Shown one piece after another: positions 17,493 to 26,187 of a DNA stretch of 28,496 bases. The stretch spans positions 1-28,496 of IMG/VR virus record IMGVR_UViG_3300020352_000028; one strand, 5' to 3'. The DNA comes from a virus (taxonomy: Duplodnaviria; Caudoviricetes). Numbering within the stretch: the stretch's first letter is position 1; every line of letters begins with the position of its first letter. The position numbers and the translations under genes were made by a program. Below the pieces are notes generated by a model. It did not search any database and was not told where the DNA came from. It was given only the letters and a program-made list of their open reading frames with translations.

Positions 17493-17789
17493 ATGTCTAA
17501 AGCAAAAAAAGCAGCTAGTGCAGCTAAATTACATAAAGATAAGATGGCATGCAATAAACCAAAGAAAACTCCTGATCATAAAACTAAATCACATGTTGTA
17601 AAAGCTTGTGATAAAGGTAAAGAAAAGATTATTCGCTTTGGCCAACAGGGTGTAACAGGAGCTGGAAAAAATCCCAAAACAGCTAAGGATAAAGCACGTA
17701 AGAAATCATACTATGCAAGACATAACGCTCAAGATAGTAAGCCAAGTAAAATGAGCGCACGTTACTGGTCGCATCGTGAAAAATGGTGA
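17493..17789 (+). CDS. Lys-rich conserved phage protein
   Basis: KIIRFGQQG...KARKKSYYARH...SARYWS..KW pattern, recalled as common in aquatic phages. Confidence 0.75.
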   Translation: MSKAKKAASAAKLHKDKMACNKPKKTPDHKTKSHVVKACDKGKEKIIRFGQQGVTGAGKNPKTAKDKARKKSYYARHNAQDSKPSKMSARYWSHREKW

Positions 17790-17796
17790 CTCTAGG

Positions 17797-17979
17797 ATGG
17801 ATGATCAATTTCAAATCACTCTAAATACTACTGTCTGCAGGACTCTATATCAAGCAGTCTGTGATGCGTTAGAAGCTTGGCCAGGATCACCAGCTAGACC
17901 AGCAGAGCAACAAGAACAATATCGACAACTAAAGCTACTTTTATTCAGTATAATTTGTGAAGTTAATTACGAGCTATGA
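17797..17979 (+). CDS. small hypothetical protein (WPGSPARP motif)
   Basis: ATG 17797 lies 7 nt after the upstream stop. ATGA coupling to the next gene. Confidence 0.6.
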   Translation: MDDQFQITLNTTVCRTLYQAVCDALEAWPGSPARPAEQQEQYRQLKLLLFSIICEVNYEL

Positions 17980-18089
17980 ACAAAGACGGCAGCTACATCC
18001 AATCCAGGCCAAAAAAAACAAGGCAAGGTACTGGTAAGCATTCCAAGCCCAATCACGGACGGAAACAACCTAGAGGCCAAGGAAAGTAA
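17976..18089 (+). CDS. small basic protein, 37 aa (MNKDGSYIQSRPKKTRQGTGKHSKPNHGRKQPRGQGK); not in the ORF track
   Basis: ATGA overlap with the upstream stop. The KKTRQG.G.HSK...RGQG(K/R) pattern is recalled from other cyanophage small proteins. Confidence 0.7.
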   Translation: MNKDGSYIQSRPKKTRQGTGKHSKPNHGRKQPRGQGK

Positions 18090-18118
18090 GCTATTATTAG
18101 ATAACTTATCGTAATGAA

Positions 18119-18778
18119 ATGGTGCCCTTTAACGAAGCGATTCAATTAATCAAAACGTTTGAGGGTTTCCATGAGAAAGCCTGTGGCGATTCCACAACAG
18201 ATAGAGAAGCTTTTATCATTGGCTTTGGTACAACCTATTACCCTGACGGCTCTCCGGTCCGCCAGGGTCATCTCTGCACTAAAGAAAAAGCTCTTGAATA
18301 CTTGAATGATGAAATCAAAATCATCTCAACTCAAATCATTGATTTAAATTTAGGCTTAGACCTTCAAATGTTAAATGCTTTAATTTCTTTTGTTCATTCA
18401 GTCGGCTGGGAATCCTTTCTCTATAGCAACATAGTTGATTGCTGTGAGCGCGAAGAATACAGCCAAGCAGCAAAGGAAATGACCAAGTGGATCTATGATG
18501 TCGACTATAACGTTATCGGCGGCCTCGTGGAACGCCGCCGTAAAGAGGTCAGGCTTTTCTTAAGTGAGCTACTGGATGATTCTTGGATAGGCTCTGACAT
18601 TCTTTTGAAAGCCTTTAGAAATTATGTAGCTTCTCCTGCTCAGGTTCGATCTATTCGCAAGCTACAGGAAGCGATAGATCCTTATGCTCTCTCTAGTTTC
18701 GCAAATGATTTTGAAATAGATTCTGATCCATACGTAGAATATAGTAATTCTGAGTACGACACAATCTTTAACCTGTAG
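18119..18778 (+). CDS. GH24 phage lysozyme (endolysin) with a C-terminal extension
   Basis: LIKTFEGF...D...IGFGTT.YPDG, ALISFVHSVG and KW......GLVERRRKE motifs. Confidence 0.9.
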   Translation: MVPFNEAIQLIKTFEGFHEKACGDSTTDREAFIIGFGTTYYPDGSPVRQGHLCTKEKALEYLNDEIKIISTQIIDLNLGLDLQMLNALISFVHSVGWESFLYSNIVDCCEREEYSQAAKEMTKWIYDVDYNVIGGLVERRRKEVRLFLSELLDDSWIGSDILLKAFRNYVASPAQVRSIRKLQEAIDPYALSSFANDFEIDSDPYVEYSNSEYDTIFNL

Positions 18779-18802
18779 CCTACAATATTAGAAACAGAGA
18801 AA

Positions 18803-19099
18803 ATGAGCATGAATAACATTGGTACAAACGAAGAATATGATATGCCTTTGCATTTGCAGCTAGCCATGAGAAAAGCTGAGCTTGACTCCCAAGAAATGAC
18901 CTGGGATCAGTTGCAAATTGCCTTGTTATGCCTTTTTCATAAACGTTTAATTGAAACGCAAGCAATCAAAGACATGCTGGCTGGTGAGAATATTGATATT
19001 GAATTCGATATTCCCACTGATTTTGAACTCACGCAACTAGCCTTAACTATGATGCGTGATGATGATGATGATGACGAAAGTAACTATCAGCCTTTCTAG
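18803..19099 (+). CDS. nblA: NblA-like phycobilisome degradation adaptor with an acidic tail
   Basis: MPLHLQLAMR...QEMTWDQL...L..LF.......AIKDML aligns without gaps to the recalled NblA pattern LSLEQQF..R....Q.MS.DQA..FL..LY.......Y..LL. Confidence 0.5.
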   Translation: MSMNNIGTNEEYDMPLHLQLAMRKAELDSQEMTWDQLQIALLCLFHKRLIETQAIKDMLAGENIDIEFDIPTDFELTQLALTMMRDDDDDDESNYQPF

Positions 19100-19101
19100 G
19101 T

Positions 19102-19335
19102 TTACTTCTTTTTCTTTCCAACCATCCCACGGAGCCTAGCCATCTTATCCTTCATGGATTCTTTTGGCCCACTGGTTTTTTTATCTTCTCCGTTTCCTCC
19201 TTTTTTTAGACCACGGACTTCTGCACGAAGTTTTTTGTTTTCTTCTCGTAATTTAGATTCGCCAGTTTTTTTACCTGCTGCGGCCTTGGCAATAGGACGC
19301 TTGTTACCTGGGGCAGGTTTTTTAATTGGTGCCAT
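19102..19335 (-). CDS. Lys-rich basic protein with a short coiled coil
   Basis: MAPIKKPAPGNK...LREENKKLRAEVRGLK...KDKMARLRGMVGKKKK. ATG at 19335. Confidence 0.65.
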   Translation of the reverse strand: MAPIKKPAPGNKRPIAKAAAGKKTGESKLREENKKLRAEVRGLKKGGNGEDKKTSGPKESMKDKMARLRGMVGKKKK

Positions 19336-19367
19336 TGTCTGTAAGCAATTACCTTTTAATATTACGG

Positions 19368-19562
19368 CTACCAACCAATTGGTGGAGCTACTCCTGGACC
19401 TAAATTAAAAACACAACGTTTGGCTAAATTATTCAATACCTTTCTTTTGTCTTCCTCACTAAGTACAGGTGTATGAATAATCTCCCACGCCACTTCAGAG
19501 CAAAGCTTTACAGGTAGCGGAGGAGGTGGTTGATAAGGAATTACTAGAAGAGGAATCACCAC
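19368..19562 (-). CDS. small hypothetical protein
   Basis: 64-aa ORF abutting the hli stop and filling the gap. Exact start uncertain. Confidence 0.5.
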   Translation of the reverse strand: MVIPLLVIPYQPPPPLPVKLCSEVAWEIIHTPVLSEEDKRKVLNNLAKRCVFNLGPGVAPPIGW

Positions 19563-19747
19563 AAGCCTGGGATTAAATCTCCAGTTAATGCATATGCTCC
19601 AAGAGCAGCAATGATTCCTAACATCGCAAGCCTGCCGTTAAGACGTTCTGCTTTTGCATTGTGGTTTTCGGTCACTGCAATCACCTCCATTGTTGGTTCT
19701 TTGGCAAAGACGTTTGTTTGTCCGTGCTCATTTGTTGTAACTGTCAT
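19556..19747 (-). CDS. hli: high-light-inducible protein (chlorophyll a/b-binding family)
   Basis: AERLNGRLAMLG chlorophyll-binding motif, TG.LIPG.W end, and the N-terminal TT.E.GQ.N.FAKEP typical of marine Synechococcus/cyanophage HLIPs. Confidence 0.95.
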   Translation of the reverse strand: MTVTTNEHGQTNVFAKEPTMEVIAVTENHNAKAERLNGRLAMLGIIAALGAYALTGDLIPGLW

Positions 19748-19787
19748 GATAATCAAAAAGGTGGCTTTAGTCTACCTTGATTAATTT

Positions 19788-20321
19788 TTATTCAAGTAAA
19801 CAAACCAACCGAGATAAGTACCACTGCGCCTTGCGAAGCGACTCATTACCACCTTTATGTTTTTCTCTCCATACGTATTTTGCTACATTACCTTTAATGT
19901 AACCACGGTATTCTTCTGGTGTTAGTTGAGCTTCAATTGCTTCAATACATTCAATCCCCCCACCTGCAGTGTAATGTTCTGGGTGATTCACATTATCTGT
20001 GAAAGCTTGTTGATGTTTTTCTGTATAAGTATCCCAAACCGTTTCTTGATAGGTCTTTTCTTCAGGCTCTTTCTTTGCCCATGGAACAGGGCAGATACCA
20101 TCAGGGCAATCTGAAATCTCTTCTTGACTCAAATCGCCAGATTCTGCAGGACTGACCCCGATCGGTTTAAACCAGCCCGTAGCTTCCTTTGGTTGGTCGT
20201 TGCCACTGCTTGCTCTTCTGGGGAGAGCTGACCCATGTCCACCAAGAGTTGTCGTGGTTGTGGGGTTGCGCCCTGCATCATACCCTCTTCCGCTGATGGA
20301 ATTGTTCCCGTTACTCCGCAT
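19788..20321 (-). CDS. DUF3310 domain protein (start either ATG 20321 or TTG 20132)
   Basis: DNVNHPEHYT.GGIECIEAI...Y..GNVAKYVWREKHKGG.ESLRKAQWYL is the DUF3310 signature. Confidence 0.85.
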   Translation of the reverse strand: MRSNGNNSISGRGYDAGRNPTTTTTLGGHGSALPRRASSGNDQPKEATGWFKPIGVSPAESGDLSQEEISDCPDGICPVPWAKKEPEEKTYQETVWDTYTEKHQQAFTDNVNHPEHYTAGGGIECIEAIEAQLTPEEYRGYIKGNVAKYVWREKHKGGNESLRKAQWYLSRLVCLLE

Positions 20322-20524
20322 CTTGGTTGTGCTCTTGGATCTATAGCCAAGTTAACACGATCTGACATATCTTGCTGCGTTACTGCTAAACCAGTGTTGT
20401 ATTGGTCGTACATAGGAACATCATTGGCTTCATTATCTAATGGTTGCCCAATATCATTCATGTCAACCATGCGCTGACGAAGAGTATCATTCTCTTCCAT
20501 AAAAGCACTAAGAAAGCCGTCCAT
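20129..20524 (-). CDS. hypothetical protein
   Basis: 131-aa ORF with ATG and a TATAAT on the - strand at 20558-20553. Confidence 0.6.
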   Translation of the reverse strand: MDGFLSAFMEENDTLRQRMVDMNDIGQPLDNEANDVPMYDQYNTGLAVTQQDMSDRVNLAIDPRAQPRCGVTGTIPSAEEGMMQGATPQPRQLLVDMGQLSPEEQAVATTNQRKLRAGLNRSGSVLQNLAI

Positions 20525-20572
20525 TTATCTATTCGCTGGGAGTATACTGTTAATTATAAGTTATATAAGCCA

Positions 20573-20899
20573 ATGGCAATAGGCAGCTCAGGTAGTGGTA
20601 TTAGTGACTTAAATCCTGAGAGAGCTTATGACGTAGACGTGCGTCGTCTCGACAAGACTGAGCGTAGGATCGACCGTGTTGCGGACACTCAAGGCGAACG
20701 CAAGCAAGATCGTGTTGGTAAGTTTCTGAAATCAGCACGTTCCGCTGGAAAGTTTCAGCAGAAGAGACAAATCGATGCACCATGGAGAAATCGTGAAGGT
20801 CAAATGCCTGCGTTTACTGAAGGAGATCAGTTTGGCAGGGCTGGTTCAACAAACTATGCAGATAAACCACAACCGTCAACCAGTAAGCTTTATTACTAA
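20573..20899 (+). CDS. hypothetical protein
   Basis: ATG 20573, divergent from 20524(-), preceded by TATACT at 20543-20548. Phage-like codon usage. Confidence 0.65.
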   Translation: MAIGSSGSGISDLNPERAYDVDVRRLDKTERRIDRVADTQGERKQDRVGKFLKSARSAGKFQQKRQIDAPWRNREGQMPAFTEGDQFGRAGSTNYADKPQPSTSKLYY

Positions 20900-20918
20900 A
20901 GCCTACTTAACAGTCTAA

Positions 20919-21503
20919 TCACACTTTTGACAAAACAACTTTATAAGGTTGTTTGTTGTACTTTCCTTTTCTTTCAAGATAAGACACATCACAAGGGTCG
21001 CCTTGATAAAACAAGAGCTGGCAGATGCCTTCATTAGCATATATTTTATTAAACAAGCTAGTGCAGTTACTGATCTCTAGCGTCAGATGACCCTCCCAAC
21101 CTGCCTCCGCTGGAGTAATGTTGACGAGGATGCCTGAACGTGCATACGTACTCTTCCCAACCGCAACAACTGTAACGTCCCTGGGAAGGCAAAGACGTTC
21201 CATAGCAACGCCAAGACAATAACCATATGGCGGAATAATGAAGTATTTTCCTTTCTCATCTTCATGTAATTCGGTCTCCTTTAAAATTTCAGGATCAAAG
21301 TTTTTAGCGTCACATACACCGTGTTGAACACCGCCAAAAAGAAGGCACTGACTAGGAGACAACCGAATATCGTACCCATAGCTCGATAGACCATAACTTA
21401 AAATTGGTGTGTTGTTTTCATTGCTTATCAGTTTATTTTGGAAAGGTACAATCATACCGTTTTCTGCAAACCCTTTGATCTGCTTATCGCTTAAAACTGA
21501 CAT
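20919..21503 (-). CDS. dcd: dCTP deaminase
   Basis: LSD..I, SYGLSSYGYDIRL, GKSTYARSG, TPAEAGWEGHLTLEISN, IYANEGICQLLF and SY..RKGKY motifs. Confidence 0.95.
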   Translation of the reverse strand: MSVLSDKQIKGFAENGMIVPFQNKLISNENNTPILSYGLSSYGYDIRLSPSQCLLFGGVQHGVCDAKNFDPEILKETELHEDEKGKYFIIPPYGYCLGVAMERLCLPRDVTVVAVGKSTYARSGILVNITPAEAGWEGHLTLEISNCTSLFNKIYANEGICQLLFYQGDPCDVSYLERKGKYNKQPYKVVLSKV

Positions 21504-21527
21504 GCTTGCTGCTTGAGTGCTCCAACT

Positions 21528-22124
21528 CTACAGCAAGATCCTTCCTTTTTCACCGTAGATATTGCAGAAATCTTCAGTAGCTTTCTCAATATTATCTTTA
21601 GGTTGTAAGTAGATAACTGCACTCGCTCCTGTGGTACGTGAATCAGTTTCTTCTTCACCAAAGTAATGTCTTAGAAGCTTAGGACGAGACTTTAAAAGAC
21701 ACACAGGATGATCAAAGATATCCTGTGAATACATCACGAGATCAATATAATTGGTAAAATAAATAGCTTGTTCAACATTCCCCTTTAACCACTGTTGCTT
21801 TAAAGTTTTCCACCAGATAGCAGAGCCTGAGGTCAAAGTAGGAGACAAACCCCTGGTTGGAATCCATCTTGCTTCTCGTTTGTTGTAGTAAAGGCAAGCC
21901 GGTGGATGAAAGCAATAGACCTTACCAAACCACTCTGCGTCATTGATCGGATCATCTTTAGCAGTAAAGAAGTGATCAGCTCCTACGTGACTGTTGGCAA
22001 ACTCTGAACTAGCAGGATCCAAATCAATGTTACCCATAAGTAAATGAGCACTGTCGATAAGGTCACGATTAGAAATCCATTCATAACCTTCTACGCGACG
22101 GTTGTCTCCTCTACGGACGGTCAT
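21528..22124 (-). CDS. phage DNA N6-adenine methyltransferase-like protein with a non-canonical catalytic motif
   Basis: EW.S...., G.IDLDPASS..AN..V.A..FFT..DD....W.GKVY.F.PP pattern. HPPA replaces NPPY. Confidence 0.7.
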   Translation of the reverse strand: MTVRRGDNRRVEGYEWISNRDLIDSAHLLMGNIDLDPASSEFANSHVGADHFFTAKDDPINDAEWFGKVYCFHPPACLYYNKREARWIPTRGLSPTLTSGSAIWWKTLKQQWLKGNVEQAIYFTNYIDLVMYSQDIFDHPVCLLKSRPKLLRHYFGEEETDSRTTGASAVIYLQPKDNIEKATEDFCNIYGEKGRILL

Positions 22125-22492
22125 TCTGATGCCTGGTTATAGTCGATTGCAAAGTAACGCATCCCTTGATGGTCGTTGATAATATAGCCTGCGCCAGCTG
22201 CAGGGTCGATCTTTTGAGCTGCTTCAAGGATGCTTTTAAACGTTTCTTTGAGTTCACCATCTGTGTTTTCCTGTGCATTGTGGAGTTCTTTTAAGGTTAG
22301 CCAGAACATTGACCTTTCGCTATTATTTGGCTGAAAGCACATGACTCCAGGGCCTTCTGTCTCCCAGAATTTAATGGACTGTTCGCCCATATCACCTAGC
22401 AATAGCTTGATAGTTGCATCTGCATACTTGGCACTGGCTGGATCCATCTCTTTGCCAATGACTGATGCTAGTAAATCTTCGCGTCTACTCAT
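22121..22492 (-). CDS. hypothetical protein
   Basis: 123-aa ORF overlapping both neighbours by a few nt, consistent with operon packing. Confidence 0.7.
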   Translation of the reverse strand: MSRREDLLASVIGKEMDPASAKYADATIKLLLGDMGEQSIKFWETEGPGVMCFQPNNSERSMFWLTLKELHNAQENTDGELKETFKSILEAAQKIDPAAGAGYIINDHQGMRYFAIDYNQASE

Positions 22493-22946
22493 GGCTCAAT
22501 AGTTTTTGGCGGTTTAAAACAGTAATCATCTTAGGTAACGGCTCATAAATAACAACCATTTTGCCTAACACACCCCGTTTTTTTATTAGCTTACCATTAT
22601 CGTCACGCATTTTAGATAATTCACCAGCTCGGATAAGATACTCGGCAACACAACGCAATCTACGTTTTAAAGGCAAGTCAGCATTAGGGAAACGACTACA
22701 GATTGTTTCTGGATTCATATCTGAAAAAGCCAATCTCAAACGATTGGCCAAAGTCATATTGCTATTTGGGTCTTCAATTTCAAAATCACGAATCATTTGG
22801 ATGTAACGACGGAGAGTTGCGTCATCAAATGACCCAGTAGGTGGCAAGAAAGGTGCTACTTGAAGGCTTAGGCTATTGGGCAAATACGCTTCGTAATTAT
22901 CTATTGTTAATAGATCAATCAGAATTGTGTCAAAACGATGTTTCAT
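22485..22946 (-). CDS. hypothetical protein (possible winged-helix-like C-terminus)
   Basis: 153-aa ORF in the operon, with a basic helix followed by a beta hairpin at the C-terminus. Confidence 0.7.
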   Translation of the reverse strand: MKHRFDTILIDLLTIDNYEAYLPNSLSLQVAPFLPPTGSFDDATLRRYIQMIRDFEIEDPNSNMTLANRLRLAFSDMNPETICSRFPNADLPLKRRLRCVAEYLIRAGELSKMRDDNGKLIKKRGVLGKMVVIYEPLPKMITVLNRQKLLSHE

Positions 22947-22951
22947 TTGGG

Positions 22952-23395
22952 TTATCCTTTTTCTTTTTGTAGATTTTCAAAGAAATCGCGCTTGTTTTCG
23001 TAGAGATTTGTACCGCGATCATTATCAAATGTACGCAAGCTCGCCTCTGGTCCTTTGGAATAACTTAAAATCAATTGGTTCCATGGGATACGAACCATTT
23101 CTTTTTTGGTCCCTACCGGAATTACAATGTAATGAACACCTTGGATCCACCCTTTAAACCTAGGGTCTACTTGTTTTTTCTTTCCTTGTAAAATCCAATT
23201 ACGTATTGTTTGATCAGTAACACCAAGTCTCTTGGCACACTCTTCAGTTGAGATGTATTCTTCTGCATAAATCTCAGGGCTTACTTGGTCTGTTTCATCG
23301 TTTGAGTAACGAGAGTGCCAAATAGAAGCAAGAATATTCCTGATTCCTTTTAGTTCGGAAGCAATTGCTAACAGTTCTTTATTTGCCTCAGACAT
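22952..23395 (-). CDS. helix-turn-helix DNA-binding protein (excisionase/MerR-like HTH)
   Basis: YISTEECAKRLGVTDQTIRNWI...W..GVHY motif. Confidence 0.8.
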   Translation of the reverse strand: MSEANKELLAIASELKGIRNILASIWHSRYSNDETDQVSPEIYAEEYISTEECAKRLGVTDQTIRNWILQGKKKQVDPRFKGWIQGVHYIVIPVGTKKEMVRIPWNQLILSYSKGPEASLRTFDNDRGTNLYENKRDFFENLQKEKG

Positions 23396-23437
23396 TCTTG
23401 ATTAATGTTACACTCATACAAAGATACAACTTTATCC

Positions 23438-23887
23438 GTGGAAGAGCAAGTACCTGCAAGTCAACCTCCTGGGAATTACTACGAAAATCCTGAAGGTCCG
23501 AGATATCAAAATCCAGCTGAATTCAACCAAGCAGCTGCACCTGAACCACAACCAGCTCAGCAACCTGGGGTTATTTTCAATAGGCCAGATTTTCAAGCAA
23601 TGCGAGAACAAGCTTTGCAAGATGCAATTGCACAAGTAACGCAACGACAAGCTACTGGTGAACTACCGCAACAATTTGTTCAAGCTCCCGTACCACAGCC
23701 GGCTCCTATTCCACAATCTTTTGCTCAACCAGTAGCCGAACCTCAAGTTATTTATGTAAAACGAAACCTTACCATAGCTGAAATTATCATTGTTTTTGCA
23801 ATCACAACCGGTTGTGTACTAGGTATTCAAGGTATCTGGACCTTAGCAACAGACATTTTACCAAGGATTGAAATTAAAGATAAATAA
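23438..23887 (+). CDS. Q/P-rich protein with a C-terminal transmembrane helix (start GTG 23438 or ATG 23405)
   Basis: Low-complexity Q/P/A region followed by hydrophobic IAEIIIVFAITTGCVLGIQGIW. TGtTACACT extended -10 at 23406-23414. Confidence 0.65.
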   Translation: MEEQVPASQPPGNYYENPEGPRYQNPAEFNQAAAPEPQPAQQPGVIFNRPDFQAMREQALQDAIAQVTQRQATGELPQQFVQAPVPQPAPIPQSFAQPVAEPQVIYVKRNLTIAEIIIVFAITTGCVLGIQGIWTLATDILPRIEIKDK

Positions 23888-23927
23888 GCCAGCTTATAAT
23901 TAAGTATAAGACTTGGCTTAAAGTAGG

Positions 23928-26147
23928 GTGGCAAATAAGAAAATTACACAATTCCCGGCTATTAATCCGGTTGACATTGTAGATCAAGACCTAGTTACGC
24001 TTGTCTCAGTTTTTGAGATTGATCCTGCTCTACGTAATAAAAAATTAAATTTTAGTGGTCTTCGGGTTTATCTTGACCAATATTACATTAACCAAGGTGA
24101 GACGGATCCTTTTACCGTAGGTAATGTTCTTGTCACTGGTGATGCTTCAATTTATGGAGATCAGGATTTACGTGGAAACTTAACGGTATCAGGCACTAGT
24201 GTATTTGAATCAAACGTAGAAATAAATTCAAATTTATTTATCGGTAATAATGTTTCAGTAACAGGAAATATTACTACCAACCAAGTAGATGCTCAGAATT
24301 TACTTGGAGATTATCTTGAGGTAACCTCAGGAAACTTTACTATTGCCACTGGTACGGTAAGTGACTTTACCAGCGGCTACTTTGACTATGCTTCCGGCAC
24401 CACAATCACTGGCGATAATGTTGGTATACAAAGTGGAACTGTTGTTGACCTGACCGTCACACGTGGCATTGATGCTGTCAGTGGTTATTTTGATTATCTG
24501 ATCGTTGATGAATTTGTAGGTTCTGGTGTCGCCGTTACAGGTGATATCAATGCTAACAATATCAATGCAACAGGGACAATTTCAGGAGCCACCATTACTG
24601 GTGACATCGGTCAGTTTACTAATATAACTGGCATACTTGGTGTATTCGCTACAGTTTCAGGTGCCACTATTACTGGTGACACGGTTTTATTCACAGAAGC
24701 AACAGGTACTAATTTACGTGTAAATTCGGGTAGCTTTAATCAGCTAGTAGCTAGCGGTTTTTATGGGGAGACTGTTACAGGTATTGTAGCAACTTTTACT
24801 GATGTATTTATACAGAATGATTTAACAATCACAGGTAATTTAAATATCACAGGTGATTTGATTGTTGATGAAATCACTGCAATCAGCGGAGATTTTTCTT
24901 ATATCTCTGGAACCACAATCACTGGAGATACCATTAATGCTGATTTAATTAACGTAGATACATTAAACGCAACTAACTTAAGTTTCTCCGGGGACCAAAC
25001 GGTTAGTGGAAGCTTTACCATTGTTGAAAACTTGTTCCTCAACGGATCAGGTTTTATTGGTGGTGATTTGTCTGTCACTGGATTAATTTCTGGTACAACA
25101 ATCACAGGAACCAGTGGTACTTTTGACACTTTTGTTTCTGCACCTACCATTAGTGGTACAGATGGTTTCTTTGATGTCTTAGTAGTCTCTCAAACTGCCA
25201 CGATTACGGGTGATCTACAAGCACACGACATTACGGCAACTGGAAACCTTGATGTCACTAGTGGTTTAGTTGTTAAAGGAACAACAGAACTAAGTGGAGA
25301 CCTGAGCCTGAGCGGTGATTTCTCTATCGTCAGTGGCAATATTACAGGCGATGGTGATACTACTATTAGTGGTATTGAATATATTTATGCAGCTAGTGGC
25401 TTATTTACTAACGATCTAGATGTTGATGGCAACGTAATTATTTCAGGGAATCTAGACGTAAGTGGGACAACAACTTTTGATGAATTAAATATTTTAAGTG
25501 GACTAGTTGTAAGTGGTGACCTATTTGTTTCTGGTCAAGTCATTGTTGATGACAATGTTATTGTCAGTGGAAATATTACTGCTATTACTGGTATCTTTAC
25601 AACAGTTACAGGTAATGCTGCAAACTTTACTTCAGGTAACTTTGTTGATTTAAAAGCTATTACGGTTAGTGGTACAAATTTAAATTATACAAATGTCACG
25701 GGAATCACTATTACTGGTGAAAACTTCCTAGGCACTAACGGTACATTTACTCAGTTAACCGGTGTAACAATTACTGGTACAAATATTTCAACAACTACTG
25801 GACACTTTGGTAATTTATTAGTTGATAATCAAATTATTATTGACGCAGATTTAAGCGTCAGTGGAAATGCTTTTGTCACAAGTGGAGTAAATGTCGGAGG
25901 TGATGTCACTGTTAGCGGAACAGTTACTTCACACTCTGATTTTATAGTACTCTCAGGCCAAGCTGAATTCCCCTGGGGCACTCAAACTGAACCAGGTATT
26001 ACTTTTACAGGTGATTTAAATACTGGTTTTTATAACCCATCCGGTGAAATGATTGCTGCAACAGTCAATGGTAAACGAGGCTGGACAATTGAATCTGGAA
26101 CTGGAAACAGCGCAGGACGACATGTCTTAACGATTTGGAATATTTAA
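23928..26147 (+). CDS. tail fibre/spike-like protein with beta-repeat shaft
   Basis: 739 aa with N-terminal ANKKITQFP, many (S/T)G(T/A)TITG(D/T) and G.L.V.G repeats, and a C-terminal P.I.F..D.NTG.Y.P module. Confidence 0.75.
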   Translation: MANKKITQFPAINPVDIVDQDLVTLVSVFEIDPALRNKKLNFSGLRVYLDQYYINQGETDPFTVGNVLVTGDASIYGDQDLRGNLTVSGTSVFESNVEINSNLFIGNNVSVTGNITTNQVDAQNLLGDYLEVTSGNFTIATGTVSDFTSGYFDYASGTTITGDNVGIQSGTVVDLTVTRGIDAVSGYFDYLIVDEFVGSGVAVTGDINANNINATGTISGATITGDIGQFTNITGILGVFATVSGATITGDTVLFTEATGTNLRVNSGSFNQLVASGFYGETVTGIVATFTDVFIQNDLTITGNLNITGDLIVDEITAISGDFSYISGTTITGDTINADLINVDTLNATNLSFSGDQTVSGSFTIVENLFLNGSGFIGGDLSVTGLISGTTITGTSGTFDTFVSAPTISGTDGFFDVLVVSQTATITGDLQAHDITATGNLDVTSGLVVKGTTELSGDLSLSGDFSIVSGNITGDGDTTISGIEYIYAASGLFTNDLDVDGNVIISGNLDVSGTTTFDELNILSGLVVSGDLFVSGQVIVDDNVIVSGNITAITGIFTTVTGNAANFTSGNFVDLKAITVSGTNLNYTNVTGITITGENFLGTNGTFTQLTGVTITGTNISTTTGHFGNLLVDNQIIIDADLSVSGNAFVTSGVNVGGDVTVSGTVTSHSDFIVLSGQAEFPWGTQTEPGITFTGDLNTGFYNPSGEMIAATVNGKRGWTIESGTGNSAGRHVLTIWNI

Positions 26148-26187
26148 AGTAGAATACATTTATATGTGTTAAGCGCAAGGTAAAGAA

